Assembly: GCA_903895725.1 (NCBI GenBank)
Contig: CAITUV010000019.1
Location: forward strand, 36,368-100,367
Length of the DNA: 64,000 bases
Direction of reading: 5' to 3'
Source: an uncultured Myxococcales bacterium
Lineage (GTDB): Bacteria; Myxococcota_A; UBA9042; CAIXZC01
How positions within the stretch are numbered: position 1 is the stretch's first letter; each line of letters opens with the position of its first letter. The notes below the pieces were generated by a model. That model was not told where the DNA came from and searched no databases. It was given only the letters and a program-made list of their open reading frames with translations. The position numbers and the translations under genes are program-made. Shown here piece by piece: positions 37,774 to 45,882 of the stretch.

Positions 37774-39149
37774 CAGTTCCCTCCACTGGCAAACAGGTCC
37801 AGAACCCGCTCCACCCTGGAGCCTCGGGAGCCCTTGAGCAGCACGATGTCACCAGGCCGGCAGCGTTCCTGAAGCACCCGAGCGGCCTCGGCCTGGTCCG
37901 CCACGTGGACCGCTTCGCACCCGTCGCCGGCGCCCCGGACGTAGCAGCGTCCGCCAGCGCCCATCCCCACCAGCAGCGTCAGCCCGCCCAGTGCCGCGGC
38001 GGCGCCCACTTCCTCGTGCAGCACTTCCCAGCGGGGACCAAGCTCCAGCATCGTCCCCAGCACGGCAAAGCGCCTTCCTCCGCTCTGCCCTGCCAGCGCC
38101 TCGAGCGCTGCCTTCATGGCGCTCGGGTTCGCATTGTAGGCATCGACCAGGAAGCGGACTCCGGCGATCTCACGCCACTCCATCCTCATCCCCTCGGCCT
38201 TGACCTGGGCAACCGCCTCACAGGCCGCCTCGAACTCGACCCCGAGCAGCCGGGCCACGGCAATCGCGGCTGCAGCGTTCCAGAGGTTGAACGCACCGCT
38301 CATCCCCAGCCGGACCCTCCGGATCTTCCCTTCGCACTCGAGCGTTCCCTCCGCGCAGATCCCCTCCTGCGAGCTGGCCACCCTCACCAGGTCGCTCCGC
38401 AGGTTGCCGAAGGTGACGCTGCGGACCGGCCAGTTCGGCGCATCGCCCGACAGCAGGGGGTCGAACGAGGGGTAGACCGCGGTTCCGCCCGCTTCCAGGT
38501 TGCGGGGCAGTGAAGATTTCTCCCTCAGCACGCCGTTCAGGTCCCGGAACCCTTCCAGGTGAGCCGCTCCTACGCATGTCACCACGCCCACCTGAGGACG
38601 CACCAGCCGGGTCAGCGCCTCGATCTCGCCCAACGCGTTGCTGCCCAGCTCCGCCAGCAGGTAGCGGTGCTCCGGGTTGAACGAGATCACCGTCAGAGGC
38701 ACGCCGAGCAGATTGTTCTTGTTGCCCGTGGTCGCACATCCCTTGCCCAGGGTGCGGTCCAGGATCCCGGCCAACATGTTCTTCGTGGTGGTCTTACCCA
38801 TGGACCCGGTCACGGCAAGCACGGGTACGGTCACCTCACTGCGCATCGCCTGGGCCAGCACCCACAGGGCCTTCTCCACCTCGTCCACGACGATGAGGTC
38901 CAGGCCCGCGGGCGGATTGCCGAGCTCCTGCTGCCGATCCCTGCGGACGAATGCCGCAACGGCGCCTTTGCTCGAAGCGGCCGACACGAACGCGTGACCG
39001 TCCGCCTTCTCTCCCTTGATCGCGGCGAACACACCCCCACTCGCTGCGAGCTGGCGGTGGTCCGTGACCGCGTACGTCGCAACGCCGCTGCCGGTGCCGA
39101 CGAGCTGGCCGCCGACCATGGCGGCGATCTGGGCCGTCGTCTTTCTCAA
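37773..39149 (-). CDS. murF: UDP-MurNAc-tripeptide--D-Ala-D-Ala ligase MurF.
   Basis: Mur-ligase P-loop LAVTGSMGKTTTKNML. 458 aa. Confidence 0.85.
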   Translation of the reverse strand: MRKTTAQIAAMVGGQLVGTGSGVATYAVTDHRQLAASGGVFAAIKGEKADGHAFVSAASSKGAVAAFVRRDRQQELGNPPAGLDLIVVDEVEKALWVLAQAMRSEVTVPVLAVTGSMGKTTTKNMLAGILDRTLGKGCATTGNKNNLLGVPLTVISFNPEHRYLLAELGSNALGEIEALTRLVRPQVGVVTCVGAAHLEGFRDLNGVLREKSSLPRNLEAGGTAVYPSFDPLLSGDAPNWPVRSVTFGNLRSDLVRVASSQEGICAEGTLECEGKIRRVRLGMSGAFNLWNAAAAIAVARLLGVEFEAACEAVAQVKAEGMRMEWREIAGVRFLVDAYNANPSAMKAALEALAGQSGGRRFAVLGTMLELGPRWEVLHEEVGAAAALGGLTLLVGMGAGGRCYVRGAGDGCEAVHVADQAEAARVLQERCRPGDIVLLKGSRGSRVERVLDLFASGGN

Positions 39150-40645
39150 CGCCCTCCCTCCATCCGCCGCGCCAGGACTTCCCGAGCCACTTCCCGATCA
39201 TCGAAGTGGTGCACTTCGGTCCCCACGATCTGGTACGTCTCCGCTCCCTTTCCGCCGATGAGGATGCCGTCGCCGGGCCGGGCCACTCCGATGGCCGCCT
39301 CGATGGCCAGCCGCCGATCCGCAATGGCGGCCACGGACGTGAACCGATATTGGGCGCTCATCCCCGACAGCACCTCATCCAGGATGGACAGGGGCTGCTC
39401 CGTCCTGGGGTTGTCGCTGGTGCAGAACGACAGCTGGCAGAAACGCTCTGCCATCCCCCCCATAAGCGGCCGCTTCTTGCGGTCTCGATCCCCGCCCGCT
39501 CCGAACACCATGATCAGCCGCCCCGGCACCGACTCCCGCAACGCGACGAGGACCTTCTCCATGGAGTCGGGCGTGTGGCAGTAGTCCACCCACACCCCGA
39601 TCCCGAGACCGTTCTCCACCCGCTCCAACCGCCCTGCGATTCCCTGGACCGCCGCAATGCCCGCAGCGGCCTTCTCCACGCTGCAGCCGAGCAGCCATGC
39701 GGCCGCCAGCACCGACAGGATGTTGGACACGTTGTGCCGACCGATGAGCCGCGTCGTGACCTCGATACGTCCCCACGGCCCGACCGCGGCAAACCGGCTC
39801 CCTTCGATGCCGGTCTTCAAACCGTCTGCGACAACCTCGGCCTCCACGCCCGGGTTCACCGAGTAACGCAGGCACGGGTAGGTTACCTGGCCCGCAATCC
39901 GCCGTCCCCACTCGTCGTCCGCATTCACGACCGCGCCGGCCAACCCCTGGCTTTCGGGCAGCATCTTCGTGAACAGCAGCGACTTGGCCTGCCCGTACTC
40001 CTCCATCGTCCGGTGGAAGTCCAGGTGCTCGGGGCTCAGGTTGGTGAAGATCCCCACCGCCAGGTCGAGCCCCTCGGCCCGGCGCATGGCGATGCCGTGG
40101 CTCGACACCTCGATGGCTGCGGCCTGCATTCCCGCATCGGCCATTTCGCCCAGCCAGCCGAACAGGTCCGGCGCTTCCGGAGTGGTGTGCTTCATCACGA
40201 TCCGGCGGGTGCCGAAGCTGGCCTCCAGCGTCCCCAGGAGCCCCGTCGGAACCCCGCATGCCTGAAGCGCTGCCTGCACCAGATAGGTAATCGAGGTCTT
40301 TCCGTTGGTACCGGTCACGCCGATGATCCGCATCCGCTGCCCGGGCCTGCCATGGAACCGATACGCCAGCCGAGCCAACGCCGCCCGGCCGTCGGCCACC
40401 CGCACCGCAGCGCTGCCGGACACGGAGGCCAACGCCGCTTCGTCCGTCCCCACCACCGCTGCGGCCCCCGCCTGGACGGCAGCGGACAGGAAGCGGTGCC
40501 CATCGATCTTCTCCCCGGACAGGGCCACGAATACCGCCCCCGGAGCCACCTTGCGGCTGTCACAGACCACGGACGTCACCTCGACGTCCAGGTCCCCCTG
40601 AACGCCCAGCCGCTCCATCCCGTCCATGAGCTCCCGCAGCCGCAT
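39146..40645 (-). CDS. murE: UDP-MurNAc-L-Ala-D-Glu--2,6-diaminopimelate ligase MurE.
   Basis: P-loop GVTGTNGKTSITYL and a DNPR motif in the C-terminal domain. 499 aa. Confidence 0.85.
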   Translation of the reverse strand: MRLRELMDGMERLGVQGDLDVEVTSVVCDSRKVAPGAVFVALSGEKIDGHRFLSAAVQAGAAAVVGTDEAALASVSGSAAVRVADGRAALARLAYRFHGRPGQRMRIIGVTGTNGKTSITYLVQAALQACGVPTGLLGTLEASFGTRRIVMKHTTPEAPDLFGWLGEMADAGMQAAAIEVSSHGIAMRRAEGLDLAVGIFTNLSPEHLDFHRTMEEYGQAKSLLFTKMLPESQGLAGAVVNADDEWGRRIAGQVTYPCLRYSVNPGVEAEVVADGLKTGIEGSRFAAVGPWGRIEVTTRLIGRHNVSNILSVLAAAWLLGCSVEKAAAGIAAVQGIAGRLERVENGLGIGVWVDYCHTPDSMEKVLVALRESVPGRLIMVFGAGGDRDRKKRPLMGGMAERFCQLSFCTSDNPRTEQPLSILDEVLSGMSAQYRFTSVAAIADRRLAIEAAIGVARPGDGILIGGKGAETYQIVGTEVHHFDDREVAREVLARRMEGGR

Positions 40646-40648
40646 CCC

Positions 40649-42853
40649 CTACCTCCCCGACCGGCTTGCTGCCGGCGAGAACTGAACCTTCACTTCCTGC
40701 CATGGGGCCACGGCCGACTTCCCCACGGGAGTCTGCCCGACCGCCACGCCCGACCCTTCCGCCACCAACTCCACCCGGGCGGCCATCGCGACCCGAAGCG
40801 CCTCACCCGGCGTCATGCCCGCAAAGTCCGGGACCACAGCGGCCCCCACCGACGTCGGTGCCGCTGCCATCTCCTGCACCGGCCCTTCCGCAGGCACCTC
40901 AGCCGCAGGCTTTGCACCGGCCGGGACCGATGCGATCCGATGCGTCTGCTCCACCGTCGGAACCACGTTCAGGTAAGCCAGCGAGCGCTCTGCAATCCTC
41001 GAGAATGCCGGAGCCGCCACCACGCCGCCGTAGTGGTTCGAGTACGGCTCGTCCACCACCACCAGGATCGCCAACTTCGGCTTGTCCGACGGCACCAGGC
41101 CGACGAACGAAGCAATCCACTTGTCCACATATCGGCTGGCCCGCGCCGGGCGAGGCTTCTCCGCACTCTTGACCCAATACGGATCTTCCAGCGTCATGAC
41201 CTTCTGCGCGGTGCCGGTCTTGCCCGCGGCGTCGTAGCCGTACACGACCGCCTTCTCCCCGGTTCCGCCCGGCTCCAGGACCCGCCGCATCGCCTCGATG
41301 ACCTGGGCGGCCACCGACTCGCTCACGACCCGGCGGACCACCTCCGGCTCGTACCGCACCAGCGGATTCCCATTGGCATCCCGGATCTCCTTGACCAGAA
41401 GCGGCTTCATGAGCACGCCGCCGTTCCCGAGCGCAGCGGTGGCCGCAAGGAGCTGCACGGCGGTGACCGCGAGGCCCTGGCCGAAGCTCACGTTGGCGGT
41501 CTGCATGTCGGACCAGCCCCGCTTCCCCTTCGACAGCATCCCCTTGGCCTCGCGTCCCGACGTCTTGACTCCGGTCTTTTGCCCGAACCCGAACCGGGCC
41601 ATGTACTCGTACAGCTTGTCGTCCCCGAGCTCGAGCCCCAGCTTGCCCAGGCAGATGTTCGATGAGACCTTGATGCAGTCCCACAGCGTGAGCCAGCCAT
41701 AGGCCCCGTGGTCCTTGATCGGCTTGTGGCGGGCATCGACCTTCCACGACCCGTTCTCGCAGAACTCGCTATCGTCCAGGGAGCGCAGCCCCTCTTCCAG
41801 AAGGGCAGCGATCACGAGCGGCTTTATCGTGCTGCCCGGCTCGAACACTTCGATGAACGCCGAGTCGTTCCACTTCCAGATTTCGTTGCCCGAGTATTCC
41901 TCGGTCCCGTTGGGGTTGAACGGCGGATAGTGCGCCACGGCAAGCAGCTCGCCAGTGCTCACGTCCATGACCAGCGCAAGTCCCCTCTTGGCAAAGGAGC
42001 CGATGACCATCCGGGCAAGCTCCTCCTCCGCAATGGCCTGAAGCGGCAGGAGGATGCTGAGCTGCACCGTGCTGCCGGCCAGCTCCAGCTCGGGATTGTC
42101 GGCGGAAAGCGACACGCCCGCCTGGTTCTGCTTCCAGCCCCGCTGCACGATCTGCCGGCCAGCGAGCACGTCGTTGCAGTCCGCTTCCACTCCGTACTGT
42201 CCTTCGAGCTCCATCGGGTTGGGGGCCTTGCACTCCCCCCGCTCCTTCTTCTCCACCGTGCACTGGGGAACCCGGGCCACTCCCACAAGCTGCCCCGCGC
42301 GCTCGCCGGCCGGGTACACGCGGGCAGCCGCCGGAATCAGCCGCACTCCCTGGAGCTGCGACCGCAACCAGCGCGCCCGGGCATCCTTGTTCGACGGGTC
42401 CATGACGGCCGACAGCGCTGCAACCACCTTCGGATCCAGCACGCGGTGCACGTAGCAGGCCACCTTCGGCTTGCTCGTGCAGAACGCCGCCTTCTCGACA
42501 CGCTCCAGGCTCCACCCCAGCACGCCGGACAGGTACTCCACCACGAAACCGCGATCCTGGACCTGACTCGGGACCACCTCGATCTGCCGAGTCTCGAGAG
42601 TCAGGGCCAGCGGCGTCCCCTCGGCATCCACTACCTTGCCCCGCTTGGCATAGAAGCTGAGGCTGTCCTTCTGCTGACTGATCCCTCTCTCGGACAGCTC
42701 GCTGCCCTGCACGAACTGCAGGTAACCGACCCGCGTCAGGCACGCCAGCAGAAAGACGAACAGCAGGATTCCCACGAGCGTCATGCGCCCGCCGTATCCC
42801 TGGATCACCCGGACTGCAGCGACCTTGCTCTCCTGCCGGCTCCGTGCTCTCAT
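40649..42853 (-). CDS. ftsI: Peptidoglycan D,D-transpeptidase FtsI (PBP3).
   Basis: N-terminal TM, then a transpeptidase domain with STIKP (SxxK), SSN and KTG motifs. The ATG at 42853 overlaps the upstream stop (ATGA). Confidence 0.85.
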   Translation of the reverse strand: MRARSRQESKVAAVRVIQGYGGRMTLVGILLFVFLLACLTRVGYLQFVQGSELSERGISQQKDSLSFYAKRGKVVDAEGTPLALTLETRQIEVVPSQVQDRGFVVEYLSGVLGWSLERVEKAAFCTSKPKVACYVHRVLDPKVVAALSAVMDPSNKDARARWLRSQLQGVRLIPAAARVYPAGERAGQLVGVARVPQCTVEKKERGECKAPNPMELEGQYGVEADCNDVLAGRQIVQRGWKQNQAGVSLSADNPELELAGSTVQLSILLPLQAIAEEELARMVIGSFAKRGLALVMDVSTGELLAVAHYPPFNPNGTEEYSGNEIWKWNDSAFIEVFEPGSTIKPLVIAALLEEGLRSLDDSEFCENGSWKVDARHKPIKDHGAYGWLTLWDCIKVSSNICLGKLGLELGDDKLYEYMARFGFGQKTGVKTSGREAKGMLSKGKRGWSDMQTANVSFGQGLAVTAVQLLAATAALGNGGVLMKPLLVKEIRDANGNPLVRYEPEVVRRVVSESVAAQVIEAMRRVLEPGGTGEKAVVYGYDAAGKTGTAQKVMTLEDPYWVKSAEKPRPARASRYVDKWIASFVGLVPSDKPKLAILVVVDEPYSNHYGGVVAAPAFSRIAERSLAYLNVVPTVEQTHRIASVPAGAKPAAEVPAEGPVQEMAAAPTSVGAAVVPDFAGMTPGEALRVAMAARVELVAEGSGVAVGQTPVGKSAVAPWQEVKVQFSPAASRSGR

Positions 42854-43620
42854 CGCATCACCTGCAGCTTGCGCTTGCACCGCCGCCCGTAGAACGAATC
42901 ACCGCCGATCTTCTGGCACCGGGTGAACTCCTGGCTCGCCCGGTCCAGACGCCCCAGCCGCTCCAGCGCTCCCCCGAGCCGGAAGTAAGCCTCCACGTAG
43001 TCCCCGCACCGCTTGATCGCCGCCTCGAAGTAGTCCAGCGCTTCCTCGTCCCTATCCTGGGCGGAAAGGACGATTCCCAGGTTGTTGTACGAGAGACACA
43101 TTTGGTCGTTAAGAAACAGAGCCCGCTTTAGGTGTCTTTCAGCTTCTACATATTTCTTGAGATTGAAATATGCCCAGCCAACGTTATTTTCTGCCAAATA
43201 TGGAGTTTCATACATCGGGTCCTTCAGGAGAGGGAGCAGCACGTCGAGCGCGCTCTGCCAGTTCTGCATCGCGATGTGCAGCGCTCCGAGGTTGGCTCGG
43301 GCGATGAGCAGCTTGGGCTCGAGCTCCACCGCCTTCTCCATGTGCAGCAGCGCATCGGGGTACTCCAGCCGCCCCATATAGATCAACCCGGCCAGGTGAT
43401 GCGCCTCGGCATGGTTCGGATTCGCGGCAAAGCACCCCTCCAGCTCCCGGAGTGCGGACTGGTAGTTCTTGTCCAGGTAGGAGTTGGCGGCCAGGCCATA
43501 GTAGTACTCCGCATCCTTGTCCGCCTTGGCCTGAGCGCCCCCCGTGCAGCCGGACATGGCCGTCACCAGACATGCCACCAGGAGGCCGAAGTGGGTCATC
43601 GTGTTGTTCGACCGGGTCAT
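42850..43620 (-). CDS. TPR-repeat lipoprotein inserted between ftsL and ftsI.
   Basis: Signal LVACLVTAMSGCTG followed by multiple 34-aa TPR-like repeats. Contains an AT-rich patch at about 43082-43225. Confidence 0.6.
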   Translation of the reverse strand: MTRSNNTMTHFGLLVACLVTAMSGCTGGAQAKADKDAEYYYGLAANSYLDKNYQSALRELEGCFAANPNHAEAHHLAGLIYMGRLEYPDALLHMEKAVELEPKLLIARANLGALHIAMQNWQSALDVLLPLLKDPMYETPYLAENNVGWAYFNLKKYVEAERHLKRALFLNDQMCLSYNNLGIVLSAQDRDEEALDYFEAAIKRCGDYVEAYFRLGGALERLGRLDRASQEFTRCQKIGGDSFYGRRCKRKLQVMR

Positions 43621-43919
43621 CGCCCTTCCTCCGAAAGCCCTGCCTTGACCACGAGCACCTCGTTGCTCGCAGGCTGCTTCATACCTGCATTCAGGAACAG
43701 CTCCGGCCGGAACCGGTCGCTCGAACGAAGGCTGAGGTACTCCGTCTTGAGGAGCTCGTTTTCCACCGTGAGGTTCTCCAGCTCCAGGCTGGCCTTGGCC
43801 AGATCGCCGCCGGTGACGACCAGCCGGAACTGCCGCCAGACGTGGTAGATTCCCAGCAGGGTGAGCAGGCAGACCACCAGCACTCCCAGCACGAACGTCT
43901 TGAGCACCTTGCCCGTCAT
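43617..43919 (-). CDS. ftsL: Cell division protein FtsL.
   Basis: 100 aa: short cytoplasmic tail, one TM (TFVLGVLVVCLLTLLGIY), then a periplasmic coiled-coil. Position between rsmH and ftsI. The track extension to 44057 was rejected. Confidence 0.6.
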   Translation of the reverse strand: MTGKVLKTFVLGVLVVCLLTLLGIYHVWRQFRLVVTGGDLAKASLELENLTVENELLKTEYLSLRSSDRFRPELFLNAGMKQPASNEVLVVKAGLSEEGR

Positions 43920-43956
43920 CGCCCCCTCCTGGCCTGCCGGCCTCGTCCTGAAAGGC

Positions 43957-44841
43957 TCATGCGGCCACCCGCTCGGCCCAGCGCATCTTGGCGCTGCGGG
44001 CCCTTCGGTTGACGGCCACCTCGGCCTCTTCGGGTCCCACCGGCTTCTTGGTCCCACGCCGATGCGTTCCCGCCTTCTCCCACTCGTGGAAGGACTGCTT
44101 CACGATCCGGTCCTCCAGCGAGTGGAAGGAGAGGATCGCGATCCGCCCGCCGACCGCCAGCCGCGCCCCGGCGTCGGCCAGGAAGCGCTCCAGGTTGGCA
44201 AGCTCGCAATTCACTGCAATCCGGATTGCCTGGAAGACCCTCGAGAGCTGCTTGGCCCCGGATGAGGGGAACACGTCCTGCACGACCCGCACCAGATCCG
44301 CAGTGCGCTCCATCCGCCCGGCCCGGCATTCGTCCTCAATGGCCCGGGCCAGCGGGTGGGCCCCCCTCACTTCGCCATAGTCGCCCAGGATCCGGGTCAG
44401 CTCTTTCGCCGTCGACCCGTTGAGCAGGTCGCGGGCCGTCACCGCCAGCGTGGCATCCATCCGCATGTCGAGCGCGGCATCCTGCCGGAAGCTGAACCCA
44501 CCCTCGCCGTCCAGCAGGGCGCTCGAAAGGCCGAGGTCCAGCACCGCACCCACGAGCCGCTCGATGCCCAGCTCGTCCAGGATCGAGGCCACCTGGGCAT
44601 AGCTCCGCAACAGCACCGTCGCCCGCCCGCCAAACCTCGCCAGCCGCTCCGTCGCCGCTGCGACCGCTGCAGGATCCACGTCCGTGGCCACCAGCCGCAC
44701 CTCCGGCCCGGTCCGCTCCAGGACCATCTCCGAGAAGCCCCCGCTTCCCACGGTCCCGTCGAACACCACACCCCGCTCCGGATTGCCGATGGCCTCCGCC
44801 ATCTGGGCCCCCATCACGGTCTTGTGGAAGTAGCCGGTCAC
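43957..44841 (-). CDS. rsmH: 16S rRNA (cytosine1402-N4)-methyltransferase RsmH (MraW), GTG start.
   Basis: SAM-binding FDGTVGSGGFS motif. GTG at 44841 preceded by GGAGGAGGA. The track extension to 45033 was rejected. Confidence 0.85.
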   Translation of the reverse strand: MTGYFHKTVMGAQMAEAIGNPERGVVFDGTVGSGGFSEMVLERTGPEVRLVATDVDPAAVAAATERLARFGGRATVLLRSYAQVASILDELGIERLVGAVLDLGLSSALLDGEGGFSFRQDAALDMRMDATLAVTARDLLNGSTAKELTRILGDYGEVRGAHPLARAIEDECRAGRMERTADLVRVVQDVFPSSGAKQLSRVFQAIRIAVNCELANLERFLADAGARLAVGGRIAILSFHSLEDRIVKQSFHEWEKAGTHRRGTKKPVGPEEAEVAVNRRARSAKMRWAERVAA

Positions 44842-45407
44842 TACCGTTCCTCCTCCTCGCCCGTAGCCGGTGCCGGAGCGGCCACGGCTCCCGCCGCCCC
44901 CCCCGCTGCCGGCCGGGCTGCCGCGTCCTGACGGGCACGAACCCGGGAAATCACCGCCCGGGCCGTGCCGAACAGCTCTTCCAGGTTGGTCTGGGCATTC
45001 TTCGGGTTCCACAGCTCGATGTAGTCCATGCAACCGACGAACATCACCTCGTCCGTCAGCTCGGCGAAGTCCCTCAGAAACTGCGGCAGTGCGATCCGCC
45101 CCTGCGGATCCAGCCGGCAGTCCTCTGCCAGCGAGGCGAGCCGGCGCAGCCGGGCCGCATCCTCGTCCAGGAAATCGAGCTGGTTGACCTTGGCCTGGTG
45201 CACGAACCAGGCACGCCGATCCACCAGCACCAGGCAGCGGTCAAACCCCATCACCGCCAGCATCAGGTCGGGCTTGGGTCCCCACAGGGAGTTGATGTAG
45301 GGCCGCATTGCGGCCGGCAGGAACGTCCGCCCCTTCTCGTCCACCTTGTTCACATACCGGCCGATGACCTTGCTTCCTGCTTCGTGCCCCGGGTGTCCCG
45401 TGCTCAT
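44841..45407 (-). CDS. mraZ: Transcriptional regulator MraZ with a Gly/Ala-rich C-terminal tail.
   Basis: Tandem MraZ/SpoVT-AbrB-type domains (NKVDEKGRTFLPAAMR; DPQGRIALPQFLR). AAGGAG RBS before ATG 45407. Confidence 0.8.
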   Translation of the reverse strand: MSTGHPGHEAGSKVIGRYVNKVDEKGRTFLPAAMRPYINSLWGPKPDLMLAVMGFDRCLVLVDRRAWFVHQAKVNQLDFLDEDAARLRRLASLAEDCRLDPQGRIALPQFLRDFAELTDEVMFVGCMDYIELWNPKNAQTNLEELFGTARAVISRVRARQDAAARPAAGGAAGAVAAPAPATGEEEER

Positions 45408-45425
45408 CGGGAGCTCCTTTGTGGT

Positions 45426-45463
45426 GATCCACCTGCGATCCGTTTTCGATCCACCGCCGATCC
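45426..45463 (-). promoter_or_regulatory. Candidate MraZ operator: four direct repeats on the mraZ-coding strand, consensus GGTGGATC, at exact 11-bp phasing.
   Basis: Plus-strand GATCC occurs at 45426, 45437, 45448 and 45459. The array sits 19-56 nt upstream of the mraZ ATG and downstream of a putative -35 TTGCGG (45507-45512) / -10 TATAAC (45484-45489) pair on the minus strand. Confidence 0.4.
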
Positions 45464-45882
45464 TCCGGTTCACCACTGGGAGTGTTATATTCCCCCACCG
45501 GCGATCCCGCAAGTCGGTATCGTACCGAAGAAGGTGGGGAATGGTGGGGGGCCGTTGCGCCCCCCTCCCCCATCTCGACCCGCAATAGGCACATCTTGTG
45601 GTTTCCAGGTTGCCAACCAACTACATCTTGATGCCGAACGTCTACACACCGCCGACCGAATGGTGGCCTTGCCCGCCTTCCATGCGGCCCCCAGCGATTT
45701 CGGAGCCGATTGCCCCCCGTCCCCCCCTCCCGGGGTCGCCCGGAAAGCGAAATCCGGCGATCGCAAGGTTCTCCCGAATCCCACGCGCCAGACGGGCATG
45801 TTCGCGCGGGGTAGGATCTAAAATTCTTTGATTCTAGTAAGTTGTAGGCGAACCCTTAAACCGCACCCTAGGAAAAGCCCGT

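Noticed and set aside
45534-45548. GTGGG-N5-GTGGG pair on the plus strand as a second MraZ box.
   Set aside because: It is on the opposite strand to the phased GGTGGATC array, lies upstream of the putative -35, and has only two copies. Mentioned but not called as a feature.
45598-45831. Pro-rich 77-aa ORF in the mraZ-comEC intergenic region, and the AT-rich pocket at 45811-45850.
   Set aside because: It has no RBS, extreme Pro/Arg composition and no motif. The AT-rich pocket has no recognisable RNA structure.
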